Shown here: in pieces, positions 1 through 10,081 of the stretch
Layout of the letters: every line of letters begins with the position of its first letter
Position numbering within the stretch: position 1 is the stretch's first letter
Source of the DNA: Nitrosopumilus sp.
Lineage (GTDB): Archaea > Thermoproteota > Nitrososphaeria > Nitrososphaerales > Nitrosopumilaceae
Direction of reading: 5' to 3'
Length of the DNA stretch: 64,000 nucleotides
Assembly: GCA_965214775.1 (NCBI GenBank)
Contig: OZ243974.1
Coordinates: 1,568,001-1,632,000, forward strand
Program-made: the position numbers and the translations under genes
The notes under the pieces: model-generated
The model's input: only the letters and a program-made list of their open reading frames with translations
What the model was told of the DNA's origin: nothing
The model's database searches: none

Positions 1-227
1 TTGTACAAGCACCTTCAAATGCGTCATTCCTAAAACAAACTCCCCGTCTGTTTATCATCTGCCCACACGTCTTTGGCTGTAACAGTCAGGCTCTGGAAGC
101 TCAGGCATGAATTTTGCCACTAATGAATCCGATCAAAATAGAATCTGTGCCTAAAACCAGAAAGGGTTTGCAGAACCCGATCAGTTGCCAAATTAGTCTT
201 TATACGATACCTTGATCCAAAAACAGT

Positions 228-1124
228 ATGGGCCGTGGCTATTCTGCTGAAGGGATTCGTGAAAAACTGATTTCGATTTTAGAGGATTCAGAGTCTGGAA
301 TGTCCGGTGTCGAGATTTCAGACAAAATCGGAATCAATAGAATCACCATAGCAAAATATCTGAAGGTCTTTGCCGCTGAGGGATTGCTGCGCCAAAAAAA
401 TATTGGAAATACCACCCTGTGGTTTTTAGAGCCTGGACAAGAGGCATACGATTTCCCGGATGATTATTTCAAAGTGGCGCCACAATACCTTGACTTTCTG
501 GTAAAGGGCTCTGAGGAACAGGTATTCTCGCTGATTAGAAACTGCCTTCGCTCCGGCGCAGCAGCAAGCAGGCTGGTTTTAGAGGTCATTCTTCCGGCAA
601 TCGAGGCGGCAAACCAACTGTTTGAGGACGGAAAGATCGGGACTGCTGAAAGAAATCTTCTTAGAACGACAATTTCCAAGTCGTTGCAGATTTTCAACCA
701 TACGCAAACTGCCTCAGAACAGAAAAAGAACGTCGTCCTGATTGCAGCAGATTCCAACAGCAGCCTGGTTTCTGAAGCCGCTGCTGCTGCATACCATTCA
801 GAAGGATGGAGGGTTTCCAATCTTGGCGACATGTCATCTGCAATCGACGTTCTATTTGACTTGGATTTTCAAAAATTGGTAGGAAAAGTCTGGAAACAAA
901 AGCCTGGAATTCTAATAGTTGTGGTTTTTTCAGAAACTGACGAGGGTCTCAATTTTTTCGCAGATTCAATAAATCCCACCAGGGAAAAATCCGGCAAAAA
1001 AATGAAGCTGGCACTGTGGGGGAAGACTTCCAAAAAAAAGGCCAAGTCCCGTTCCAACTTGACATCTGAGAAAATCGAGGATATCCTGCAATGGTCCCAA
1101 TCAACGTTTGAAAATATAAGGTAA
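228..1124 (+). CDS. HTH plus cobalamin-binding-like domain transcriptional regulator
   Basis: N-terminal wHTH (SGVEISDKIGINRITIAKYL), then a B12-binding cap-like segment (LVLEVILPAIEAANQLFEDGKIGTAE) and a Rossmann-like C-terminus. Confidence 0.7.
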   Translation: MGRGYSAEGIREKLISILEDSESGMSGVEISDKIGINRITIAKYLKVFAAEGLLRQKNIGNTTLWFLEPGQEAYDFPDDYFKVAPQYLDFLVKGSEEQVFSLIRNCLRSGAAASRLVLEVILPAIEAANQLFEDGKIGTAERNLLRTTISKSLQIFNHTQTASEQKKNVVLIAADSNSSLVSEAAAAAYHSEGWRVSNLGDMSSAIDVLFDLDFQKLVGKVWKQKPGILIVVVFSETDEGLNFFADSINPTREKSGKKMKLALWGKTSKKKAKSRSNLTSEKIEDILQWSQSTFENIR

Positions 1125-1139
1125 GACGGGGCGCCCCGC

Positions 1140-2636
1140 TCAGGCGATCTCGAGCCGGTCGTCGATGCTGACCCTTCTGACATTGCCGTGCAGTTTGTGG
1201 AATTCGCCGGCCTTTTCGGTGTGTATCGGGATCAGCGTATTTGGCGAGGAGCCGTCGATGACGTCCTTGATCTGGTCGCGCGTGCCGTGTCCCGAAACGT
1301 GGGCAGTCGTCCACGACTTGTCACTGGATAGCAGACCAAAGTGGATCAGCCAGCGCTTGACGCGATCCTGGTCCAGCTTCATCTCGTCGTTGAATGGTTC
1401 TGTGGATGACCGGACATAGCCGGATCCCTCCTCTGGTCTCACGTCTATGAGGTTCTGCAGCTGAAAGTCCGAGCAGTAGAAGATGAATTTTTTCTGATCC
1501 TTTCTGACGTCCCTGTAATCCACATAGTTAGGATAGTCCAGAAACTCGCGCTCCCATCCCCTGTAGTCTGCCTGGATCTGGCTCTCCGGCCAGACATTCC
1601 TGTCCTTGTCCAGCAGTCCCCACGACTTTCTGGAGACGAACACCTTGATGTTGGGATCCGTCGGTGCGGGGTACTCGCCCTTCCACTCGTCTGATGTCTG
1701 GAACAGCTTTAGCAGGTAGGCCTGCTTTGTGTCTATCACCAGGTCGCGCCCCGTGGCCTTGGCGGCATTATAGAATGACACCATCCTGTCCAGATCCCTC
1801 GTGGGATATGTGCAGACGACCATCTTCTCGGTCCGGTTGATCACGTCAGTCACGTCCTCCTCTACCTTGAACTCGGTGACACTGTCGCTCTTGTCTATCC
1901 TCGTGCCCTCGCACAGCAGATAGTCCATGTCCTCGTCACCGCATCTGTCCACGAATTTCTGGCTGTATTTTTTACGTCTCCCGTGGAACCTGATGTCTGC
2001 AGTATACCCGATGCTGCCCTCGGACGTGTGTATTATGAACCCGTAGACGCCCGGCAGCGAGTGATCTATGGGGATGGATTCTACTGAGATCGAGTCAAGA
2101 TTCAGCTGCCTTGATGGGCCGATCGTCTTTATGTTCCTCGGAGTCTCCTCCCTGTGCTTGTCTGACTTTGCCCTGCTTATCCCTCCTCTGCTGTTCTCGT
2201 ACGTCCTAAAGTTCTCCTTGTACGTGATGTACTCCTCGCCCCCGCCCGTGTCCTGGAAGCACTGCATGATCAGTTTGCTTGCATCCGAGCAGTACACGGG
2301 GATCTCCGGCCTCAGGTAGTGTATGTAGGCGCAGTGATCCACGTGGGCATGGGACAGCAGAACCCCGTCTATCGACGTCTCCTGGCCGTGATCCCCGTAT
2401 TCCATGTGCCTAGAATAGTCCCTGCGGTAGATCCCCTTGATGTCAGGCAGAAGATTGAACTCGAACATGTCCCCCATGCCTGTAAGCTTTCTGGGGTTGG
2501 CAAACTCTGCAAAGTATTCGTTTACCTTGCCCATCTGCATCCCAAAGTCAAGGAACACCTTGGTCCCCTTGTCCTCGAGAAGTATCTTGGTTCCACCGAT
2601 CTCGTCGACTCCCCCGTAGAATGTAAGTGACGTCAC
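1140..2636 (-). CDS. RNase J-like metallo-beta-lactamase/beta-CASP nuclease
   Basis: GGVDEIGG, SHAHVDH, DHSLPG, YTAD, CEGT, HVSGHG and IPIHTE motifs. Confidence 0.85.
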   Translation of the reverse strand: MTSLTFYGGVDEIGGTKILLEDKGTKVFLDFGMQMGKVNEYFAEFANPRKLTGMGDMFEFNLLPDIKGIYRRDYSRHMEYGDHGQETSIDGVLLSHAHVDHCAYIHYLRPEIPVYCSDASKLIMQCFQDTGGGEEYITYKENFRTYENSRGGISRAKSDKHREETPRNIKTIGPSRQLNLDSISVESIPIDHSLPGVYGFIIHTSEGSIGYTADIRFHGRRKKYSQKFVDRCGDEDMDYLLCEGTRIDKSDSVTEFKVEEDVTDVINRTEKMVVCTYPTRDLDRMVSFYNAAKATGRDLVIDTKQAYLLKLFQTSDEWKGEYPAPTDPNIKVFVSRKSWGLLDKDRNVWPESQIQADYRGWEREFLDYPNYVDYRDVRKDQKKFIFYCSDFQLQNLIDVRPEEGSGYVRSSTEPFNDEMKLDQDRVKRWLIHFGLLSSDKSWTTAHVSGHGTRDQIKDVIDGSSPNTLIPIHTEKAGEFHKLHGNVRRVSIDDRLEIA

Positions 2637-3044
2637 TGTATTGGATGCTGTTTTGCATTATATGAAAATTATGTCCGCCGTAGTATGTTGTATGACCCTG
2701 ACTTTAGGCACAAAAGATTGGCTGTTTTTACGCGCCACGGTAAGAGTGGACTCTGCAGATTCTGCCGATGGTATATGATGACGAGATCTGTGGCGGGCAG
2801 ATTCAGATCTGGAACAAGATCTAGCTTACAGAAAAACAGCAAGTGACAGCCGTCTGGAGGGCGTAGAATTGGATGCAAGGGATCTTACAAAAGGATGAAT
2901 GCAGGCAAGAATCGGCTACGTGTATGGTTTGATGGGGAAAAGTCAAAATTTTCTATCATTTTCACAAGAGATGGATTGGCTGCGGAGGAACTTTTGAAGG
3001 CAAGCCAGATAATTTCCCTGCCTGCAAATCTTTTCTAGTAGGAT

Positions 3045-4163
3045 TTACTGAAAGTCAATCTCCCTGTACTCGATGCCGTCTGCGGCAAGCAGCTCCCTCA
3101 GCTTTTCTGGAATCTTGGGGGCGACTACGATAAACCTGGAATCTGTCCTGCCGGACTTTCGCTCATAGTCGTTTTTGTATCCCAGTATCTGCCGCTTTAC
3201 GCCAGTCGGAGCCGACGGATACTTTAGCTCCAGCCCGACTGCAACCCCGTTTGCATCCCTGCACAGAAAGTCAATGGGTCCCGTCTCCAGCCTGTACTCT
3301 GACTTTTCCAGCAAAAGCCCGTCCTCTACCAGATGCAGGTTGTCCCTTATGTAGTCCTGGTACTGGCTCTCTTTTCTGACGGTGCTATCCAGCCTCTTTT
3401 GCAGCCAGTCGGGATTGTCGACATAGCTGTAAATCCACTCGTACTCGGGTGCCAGGTAAAACGCGGATATCTTCTTGGCCTCGACAATGCCGCCGTCTGC
3501 CAGTCTTTTGAGGAACTTGTCGCAGCTGGACTTGGGGATTCCCTCCGATACGATGAGATCCTCCTCGGCATCGGGCGCCAGTCCCCCGTTTAGCAGCTTA
3601 ATCAGCTTGCACTGCCAGTTCAACGTCCTGATCTGCTGCGAGTCAAACAGTGATTCGAGTACCTCCATCCTCTCTGCGACCTCGTCGGCGCCCAGCATCT
3701 TCTCGATTCGCTCCTTGAGATCCTCAAACTCCTCCCTGGATACGCTGTTCTGGGCCAGGTGGCTGCTTGCGTGCTCTGTAATCGTCTGCGTCGCGTTTTT
3801 TATCATCTCGTCCCTTGTCTTGTTCAGATCCTCGGTGGTGCCGAGCTTGAACTTGTCCATCTGATCTGTTATGTCCTCCTTTAGAATTGTAAAGTCAGAA
3901 CAGAGCCTCTGCATGTTTTCCTGCATGGATGTGACCTCGTTTGTATGCGGCAGGTTGGTCTTCAGGGATGTCAGATCCTCGTATGCCGTCTTCAGGTCGG
4001 TCTCGATTCTCGATACATCGTACTGAATCTTCGGATCCAGGCCGCTCAGCGGCTGCAGCCTCTTGTTGATTGCAGATATTCCCCTCCGGGACATGCCGTA
4101 AAAGACCGCGCTGATTATGACTGCGGCAGCTATTGCCAGAATGACGGCAGCGCCCGGTTCCAT
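3045..4163 (-). CDS. Membrane-anchored coiled-coil protein with C-terminal NucS/EndoMS-like PD-(D/E)XK nuclease domain
   Basis: Hydrophobic N-terminal helix (AAVILAIAAAVIISAVFY), coiled coil, C-terminal ESQYQDYIRDNL..EYRLETGPIDFLCRD..GLELK; start chosen at ATG 4163. Confidence 0.7.
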   Translation of the reverse strand: MEPGAAVILAIAAAVIISAVFYGMSRRGISAINKRLQPLSGLDPKIQYDVSRIETDLKTAYEDLTSLKTNLPHTNEVTSMQENMQRLCSDFTILKEDITDQMDKFKLGTTEDLNKTRDEMIKNATQTITEHASSHLAQNSVSREEFEDLKERIEKMLGADEVAERMEVLESLFDSQQIRTLNWQCKLIKLLNGGLAPDAEEDLIVSEGIPKSSCDKFLKRLADGGIVEAKKISAFYLAPEYEWIYSYVDNPDWLQKRLDSTVRKESQYQDYIRDNLHLVEDGLLLEKSEYRLETGPIDFLCRDANGVAVGLELKYPSAPTGVKRQILGYKNDYERKSGRTDSRFIVVAPKIPEKLRELLAADGIEYREIDFQ

Positions 4164-4494
4164 CTGCAGGGGTATCTGAATCAATACGGAGTCCACGGAT
4201 GCGCGGATTTTATGTGTTTGTGAGCGGGATCCGGACGGTATTGCATGAACGCCACGTTTGCTATAGCTAAGCGAAAAGTATCCCGGATCTGACGTCAGAG
4301 TGGGGTTGGACTCCCTGACATGATAAACCGTCATACCTTCATGGGAGATGATGATCCGAAATCAGAAACTGCAAATGCCCGGATTTTTCTGTACATTTGC
4401 CAAGTAACTTACAGATGACTCGTCATTTGCAAGTCATGAAGCCTTTCTGCCGGGACGCAGCAGACTGTCTGAATCAAAAACCAAATCACTACAA

Positions 4495-5049
4495 CAGTCT
4501 TCACAGAAATACCACATCAGATTGTCCCAGGCTAGAAACAACTCAGATACTCAGATGAGGTCGCCTGCAGATCCGCATGCTCTCTCCTGTACCGCCGCGA
4601 GTCGGTCACTTTTAGGAAGGCTGGATCCGCACGATACACCATGGTCATCACAAAGAGAAGGAAAAAACGGTCAGATAGGATCAGGGAGGAGGAGCTACCT
4701 GCACAAGAACGGCTCATCGGATTTGCAACCGGCGTGCCCGGAATAGATCCTGACGGGTACAGCCGCAGGTAGGGATCGAGACAGGATACCGGATGATAGA
4801 GAGCGCAAGGATTAGGATCCACAGCAAGAGCTAGGTCGCAAGGATGCCGTACTTTGTGTACTCTGGCAGTCTTCAATGCGTGGGTCATGGCAAACGCGAT
4901 GATGAGGTACATGACGGGGATCAGTACCGAGGATCCCCTGATCACCCAGCAGTGTCTCAAGGACGTGATCAAGCTCAACATAACAGACTGTAGGATGATG
5001 CCCCAGCCCCCTCCGCCAGCGCCTCCCTGAGTTACTTCTGGGAAGACTG
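4495..5049 (+). mobile_element. Internally deleted ISH3/IS4-like element (transposase C-terminal remnant)
   Basis: TIRs CAGTCTTCACAGAA / TTCTGGGAAGACTG; decayed frame YSRR*..IETGYRMIESARIRIHSKS. Confidence 0.75.
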
Positions 5050-5094
5050 CCAACACACAAATATATTTAACATGCATCTATTCCTAAAAATCAG

Positions 5095-5955
5095 ATGAGT
5101 CATGATTTAAATATCAACATCAACATTGATGAAATCCTAGGCGATGTACCTGCACAATACCTGCCAATTGATAAGCTGATTACGGGAAAGAATCAGGCCA
5201 GACAATCCAAAGTGAAGGTGAGTGAAGATTCAAAACTAGTTGATCAGATTAGAAAGGTCGGCGGACTGCTGCAACCAATTATCGTAAAAAAACTCAAAGA
5301 TGAAACCTATGAGATAATTGTAGGCCAAAGGCGTACTGGAGCATATCGTATACTAAGTAAGGAAGATGACAAATTCAAAAAAATCAAGGCATATGTAATA
5401 ACAAAGGATCTATCACAAGATGAGATTAAGGTCATATCGTTCATAGAAAACTATGGGCGTGATGACATGGACAAAGCGGATTATGTAAACGTCATAGAAT
5501 ATTTTTATCAAAAATATGGAAAGATAGCAGGTGCTGCCAAGGCTTTAGGAATATCACCAAATGATGCCAAAAAATACCTCACTCATGCAAGACTGAGTGA
5601 CAAAGTAAAGGAATGTATTGCTAGAAAAGAGTTCACTATAGACACTGCAATGAAGGCTCTAAAGGCGCTAGGTGACGACGAGGACTCTGTGGATGAGGAC
5701 ATGTTAATTGAAACGGCAAGAGAGTTGAAAAAACTCAAACCAGCTAAACGGAATAAGGTAGTCAAAAAGATGCAGAGTGGTACACCATTGAAAACTGCAA
5801 TAAAGATCCAGCAATCCACCACAACATTAAACATAGATATAACAGATGATCAGTTGGACAGACTTGAGACATATAAGAGCAAGTATGGTTACGAAAACAA
5901 AGAAGATGCCGCCACTGAAGCACTTGATGTGGCTTTACTGCAAGATTTGACGTAA
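5095..5955 (+). CDS. ParB/Srx-family protein (ParB N-domain, HTH, RHH-like C-terminus)
   Basis: GLLQPIIV..YEIIVGQRR (GxRR motif), SFIENYGRDDM, HTH IAGAAKALGISPNDAKKYL. Confidence 0.85.
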   Translation: MSHDLNININIDEILGDVPAQYLPIDKLITGKNQARQSKVKVSEDSKLVDQIRKVGGLLQPIIVKKLKDETYEIIVGQRRTGAYRILSKEDDKFKKIKAYVITKDLSQDEIKVISFIENYGRDDMDKADYVNVIEYFYQKYGKIAGAAKALGISPNDAKKYLTHARLSDKVKECIARKEFTIDTAMKALKALGDDEDSVDEDMLIETARELKKLKPAKRNKVVKKMQSGTPLKTAIKIQQSTTTLNIDITDDQLDRLETYKSKYGYENKEDAATEALDVALLQDLT

Positions 5956-5971
5956 AGGGAACACGGCCACA

Positions 5972-6706
5972 ATGGGTATTTTTAATGATCCAAAAAGACT
6001 GGCTAAATTATTAATGTGCTTCAAGGTTCACGAAAGTGCCCGTCCACTGTCCCCTATAGCGGTAGCAGAATGGCTAAAAGAGGCGGAGGATGAATTGGGC
6101 AATGCACAGGATGTCATGAAACGGGTGGGTATAGAGAAATTCATGTGGGATGGGTTCAGAACACTACTATCGATACATGGGGAGTTTAAAGATCAGGTGA
6201 AATGGGGGGCAAGTAACCCAAGGACGATGCAGATTGGAATGAGTGCGGCCAGAGTCATAGGCACTTTTAAGCCTGAAGACCAGAACATATTGATTGGATC
6301 CATGTGGGACTATGGAACACCGTTTGGGTATGAGGAACTCAGAAGGATAAAAGCATGCTACACATCAGAATCACTGACACTGCCAGAGGCAATCAAAAAG
6401 ATTATGAAGTCAGATCGCATACAGCGAACGGTTATCTTTATGTTCATTTCTGGACTGGATGAGAGTATAAGAGACAACCTTTCCAGAGAATCGGATAAAA
6501 GGGGCATTCCACTAAACGACCTGACCAAACAAATTCTATCGGAACATCTTCCAGAGAACTCAATCACGAGTGTAAAAATACTTCAAAACGCAATCAGAAT
6601 TGTATTTACGGAAAATGGAAAAAAAGAGTTTGACAAACTAATAAAGTCAGAATCGATCAACAAGAACGACATGGTGAATCACATGTTGAAAGCCGGGGGG
6701 TTTTAA
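5972..6706 (+). CDS. ParB-like central HTH domain protein lacking the N-terminal CTPase domain
   Basis: LSPIAVAEWLKEAEDELGNAQDVMKRVGI..LLSI..IGMSAARVI resembles the ParB middle domain; two RHH-like segments at the C-terminus. Confidence 0.5.
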   Translation: MGIFNDPKRLAKLLMCFKVHESARPLSPIAVAEWLKEAEDELGNAQDVMKRVGIEKFMWDGFRTLLSIHGEFKDQVKWGASNPRTMQIGMSAARVIGTFKPEDQNILIGSMWDYGTPFGYEELRRIKACYTSESLTLPEAIKKIMKSDRIQRTVIFMFISGLDESIRDNLSRESDKRGIPLNDLTKQILSEHLPENSITSVKILQNAIRIVFTENGKKEFDKLIKSESINKNDMVNHMLKAGGF

Positions 6707-6709
6707 ACA

Positions 6710-7768
6710 ATGTCTGATATAAACGCGTCAGTAACGCAGGACGGTGCTATATTATTGGGAAAACTGTTCTCATGTGATGGTCATGTGTATGGCAGAGGAC
6801 ATTTTGTATTTTCCCACATGCATTCGGATCATACAGACAAGCTGTCAAAATGCCTCCACAACGGAAAAATATACCTGTCAAAACCAACCCGTGATCTGTT
6901 AGAGGCAATCAATGATGAAAACTATGGAAGTGATCCACAAATGATAAAGAGAAGCCAGATAGAAATTTTGGATTTTGGACGTAAAAAAATCGTAAACCAT
7001 GACGACGTGACGGAAATATTGACACTGCATGAGTCAAACCATGTTCTTGGTGCAAGCCAGGTGGAGGTAATCACAAAGGAGGGACAAAAAATAGTGTATT
7101 CGGGAGATATCACCAATTCGGACCAACCGCTAAAGGATATAAACACGCTAGTTCTTGACGCCACACATGGTCATCCCCAATATTCCAAATACTCTGACAA
7201 AGAAAGTGTCGAAAGGCGATTCATAGATAAAATTGACGAGGTCATTCATAATGACAGGGCTCAGCCGGTGGTCATTCACGCACATCAGGGCAAGCTGCAG
7301 GAAATCATGTCCTTGATTTCAAATCATAGCGAGTTTAATGATTTTCCACTACACACATCCTCAAAAAGCATACGCATATCCAAGGTATACCAAAAATATG
7401 ACTTTAATATAAGAGATGATCTTGTAGATGAAAAGTCGGACGAGGCAGAGACGGCAAGAGAGAGCGGATGGCCATACATACAATGTACGTCACATTTTAG
7501 CAAAAAAACCTATGAGATCAATGGAAAGGCATATTCGATTTTTGTATATGATTCACTTCCAGACGGTTCCCAGATAAATGAAAACGAAAACAGTACGTCA
7601 TTTTCTACCACATCCCATGCGGATTTTGATAATATAATCAAATATGTTCAAAATGCCTGCCCTAAATTCATAATTGTAGACTCGACAAGAACTAACCAAT
7701 ACAAGTCGCTAGTCAAGGAACTTCGTGATAGGGGATTCAACGTACAATATCAGCCAAAAAGGAAATGA
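6710..7768 (+). CDS. MBL-fold beta-CASP nuclease
   Basis: SHMHSDH, SNHVLG, YSGD, LDAT and SHAD motifs. Confidence 0.8.
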   Translation: MSDINASVTQDGAILLGKLFSCDGHVYGRGHFVFSHMHSDHTDKLSKCLHNGKIYLSKPTRDLLEAINDENYGSDPQMIKRSQIEILDFGRKKIVNHDDVTEILTLHESNHVLGASQVEVITKEGQKIVYSGDITNSDQPLKDINTLVLDATHGHPQYSKYSDKESVERRFIDKIDEVIHNDRAQPVVIHAHQGKLQEIMSLISNHSEFNDFPLHTSSKSIRISKVYQKYDFNIRDDLVDEKSDEAETARESGWPYIQCTSHFSKKTYEINGKAYSIFVYDSLPDGSQINENENSTSFSTTSHADFDNIIKYVQNACPKFIIVDSTRTNQYKSLVKELRDRGFNVQYQPKRK

Positions 7769-7769
7769 T

Positions 7770-9035
7770 ATGAAACTCAATAATACACAAGTTGGGATAT
7801 TCTGGGATATTGTTTCATACGTCAAAAACAATAACATCAATTCTTCAAATATAGACACGATCAGTGATTCACCATCATTGAAGGCATGGGCAAACGTTCT
7901 AAAGGCACTGTGCAATTCTCAAAAAATCAGCATCACAAATCAGGATGCAAAATCCCATGTACTGGACATAATAGTACAATTCCTTAATACCGCTACTAGA
8001 AACAATCGCTCAAAATTGGCGAAAATATTAGATGATTTTATGTATTACTTGGAAAATGAAAAAAAATGGCTGTATTATTTTGTTCCAATATACAATCTTG
8101 ACTTTGATGGAAACGAGCTGGAAATTGATAAATTTATGAAGATTAGAAAGATATCAGATGAGCAGAAATCTTATCTGAGGGCAGAATATGAGGGATTTGC
8201 ACCAATCAGGGTGAATGTGGGCAAGATCCGACACATCTTTGTAGTTCGCGTAGAGAGGAACGATACAGATCCAGCAAGAACCATACGTAATAGGGTTGAT
8301 GTGGTTCTGAACAAGTTTAGATTGCTCAAATCAGGAGATATAGTTGCAGGCGGACTGTACTGTTTTGAGAAAAGCGAGAACTGGAACCCTTATGGTAAGA
8401 TAGACAAGATAAACCCAGAACCTACGGGCATAGTGTCATCTAACATGTATGTATTGACAGAATCCCACAGGGAGAAGTTTCTCAGTCTACTGTGTGTGAT
8501 AAACAACAGGTATCCGGTAGCAAAAGGTGGTGATTATTCAAAGAAATATGGTGATTATTTTGAAAAAACAATACAAAGATTCAACGAGTCGCTTTTAGAA
8601 CGAAATGTCAATTTTAGGATGGTGTACTTGGTACTTACACTTGAGGTGCTTCTCGTATCAAGTCCCGGAGACAATACAAGTAAGATATCGCAGAGAACTG
8701 CGCTGTTCATAGGTAGAAACGATGATGAAAAAAAGAAAATATGGGAACACATGAGACAGTTCTATAATTTTCGCAGCGGCCAGATACATGAGTATGTTGA
8801 ACGAACCATAAAGGTGGATTCCAAGACAATTCCGATCAAAAAGGCAACTGCCATGTTAGAGACATGGACAAGGAGGTCAATCCTGCAGATGATATTTTTC
8901 AGTCAGGAAAAAGATACGCTCCAGTTTGACAAGGTGGAACTGTGTAAGAGTATAGAGACATCAATGTTTGATAGGACACTCAACTCTAGGTTTTCCACAC
9001 TGCATAAAAAAATACTAAATCAGATCAATTTTTGA
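7770..9035 (+). CDS. ApeA-like HEPN domain protein
   Basis: C-terminal LEVLL..KISQRTALFIG..YNFRSGQIH (RxxxxH); start ATG 7770 just after the upstream stop. Confidence 0.7.
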   Translation: MKLNNTQVGIFWDIVSYVKNNNINSSNIDTISDSPSLKAWANVLKALCNSQKISITNQDAKSHVLDIIVQFLNTATRNNRSKLAKILDDFMYYLENEKKWLYYFVPIYNLDFDGNELEIDKFMKIRKISDEQKSYLRAEYEGFAPIRVNVGKIRHIFVVRVERNDTDPARTIRNRVDVVLNKFRLLKSGDIVAGGLYCFEKSENWNPYGKIDKINPEPTGIVSSNMYVLTESHREKFLSLLCVINNRYPVAKGGDYSKKYGDYFEKTIQRFNESLLERNVNFRMVYLVLTLEVLLVSSPGDNTSKISQRTALFIGRNDDEKKKIWEHMRQFYNFRSGQIHEYVERTIKVDSKTIPIKKATAMLETWTRRSILQMIFFSQEKDTLQFDKVELCKSIETSMFDRTLNSRFSTLHKKILNQINF

Positions 9036-9959
9036 GGTCGCATGGTTTGCCACAATCAATGTTTTGTGACTGACGGATGTAAGCCGGGCATTCGTGATTT
9101 TTATCATGGTGCCTGGTTGTAGTTTCTTCTCCATCGAATGTTCTAGTATGAGGGGTGTTGATTTCAAAGTTTTGTCTACAAGAACAAACTTGTTTACCGA
9201 CTGTTTTGATTTGTTCTTTTCTAGCATCCCGTAGATGTTGAATTTTTTACTCTTTGCACAAAAGAACTTTGCCTGTACTATTTTGTCAAAAAAGTCCTTG
9301 TGTTCATGCTTTATTTTAACAGCACTTCCGTTGACCCAACGATGCAAAAGATTACAGGTTCTTGGATCTGCATTCTTGTTTCCGACCTTGCAGGTGTCCT
9401 CATAAGCACAATTCATACAGGGATTGTCCATCAATGACTCAAACTGGGAATTTATGTGGGGCTTCTCAATGTATTCAGTCAGCATCCAGGCATTTTCACT
9501 ATCAGAATATTTTATCAAACCATCATGTTCAAGTTTTAAAAGATCTAATCCCTTGAATTTGTCAGTCAATATTTTTCCTGAAACCGGCTGATTCTCACAC
9601 AAGAACTTTAGTGCGTATTGTTCCATGTGCATGGTGAAATGACTTCTAATATTGGCATTGCCGGTGATCAGTTTGAGACATACCCTACATCGCATCTCGT
9701 TTTTGTCCCTCTGTGCCTTTACCACCCCTGACATATTATCAAACTCCTCAAACTCATCATTTGACTCGTCATCTGACATGGTATTGATGACATCAAACTC
9801 ATCATTTGACTCGTCATCTGACATGGTATTGATGACATCAAACTCATCATTTGACTCGTCATCTGACATGGTATTGATGACATCAAACTCATCATTTGAC
9901 TCGTCATCTGACATGGTATTGATGACATCAAACTCATCATTTGACTCGTCATCTGACAT
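9015..9959 (-). CDS. Multidomain protein: acidic repeats, C2H2 zinc finger, wHTH, TFEbeta/C34-like Cys cluster, OB-fold
   Basis: MSDDESNDEF repeated five times; CRVC..SHFTMH; PCMNCAYEDTC..DPRTCNLLHRW; C-terminal VLVDKT..LQPGTMIKITNA. Confidence 0.55.
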   Translation of the reverse strand: MSDDESNDEFDVINTMSDDESNDEFDVINTMSDDESNDEFDVINTMSDDESNDEFDVINTMSDDESNDEFEEFDNMSGVVKAQRDKNEMRCRVCLKLITGNANIRSHFTMHMEQYALKFLCENQPVSGKILTDKFKGLDLLKLEHDGLIKYSDSENAWMLTEYIEKPHINSQFESLMDNPCMNCAYEDTCKVGNKNADPRTCNLLHRWVNGSAVKIKHEHKDFFDKIVQAKFFCAKSKKFNIYGMLEKNKSKQSVNKFVLVDKTLKSTPLILEHSMEKKLQPGTMIKITNARLTSVSHKTLIVANHATSKIDLI

Positions 9960-9971
9960 GGTATTGATGAC
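9748..9971. repeat. Perfect 45-bp tandem repeat, about 5 copies, coding
   Basis: Unit recurs at 9751, 9796, 9841, 9886 and 9931. Confidence 0.95.
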
Positions 9972-10003
9972 GGGGTTGTCGCCTAATAGTCTTTATGCGT
10001 AAT

Positions 10004-10081
10004 AGACCTTATGCGTATTTGCCAAAAATGACGTAAAAGCTGCCTAACTTTTTTGATCTGAACCGATTACGCAAAAGGTCT
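10004..10081. mobile_element. About 80-bp MITE related to the IS5-family elements in this window
   Basis: AGACCTTATGCGTA...TACGCAAAAGGTCT with AAT on both sides; an extra solo TIR at 9987-10002. Confidence 0.8.

Noticed and set aside
4532-5077. 181-aa minus-strand ORF
   Set aside because: Antisense to the ISH3-like transposase remnant
9748-9971. CRISPR array; alternative ORFs 9652..10002 and 9719..9952
   Set aside because: No spacers; in-frame coding repeat, and the other frames are shadows
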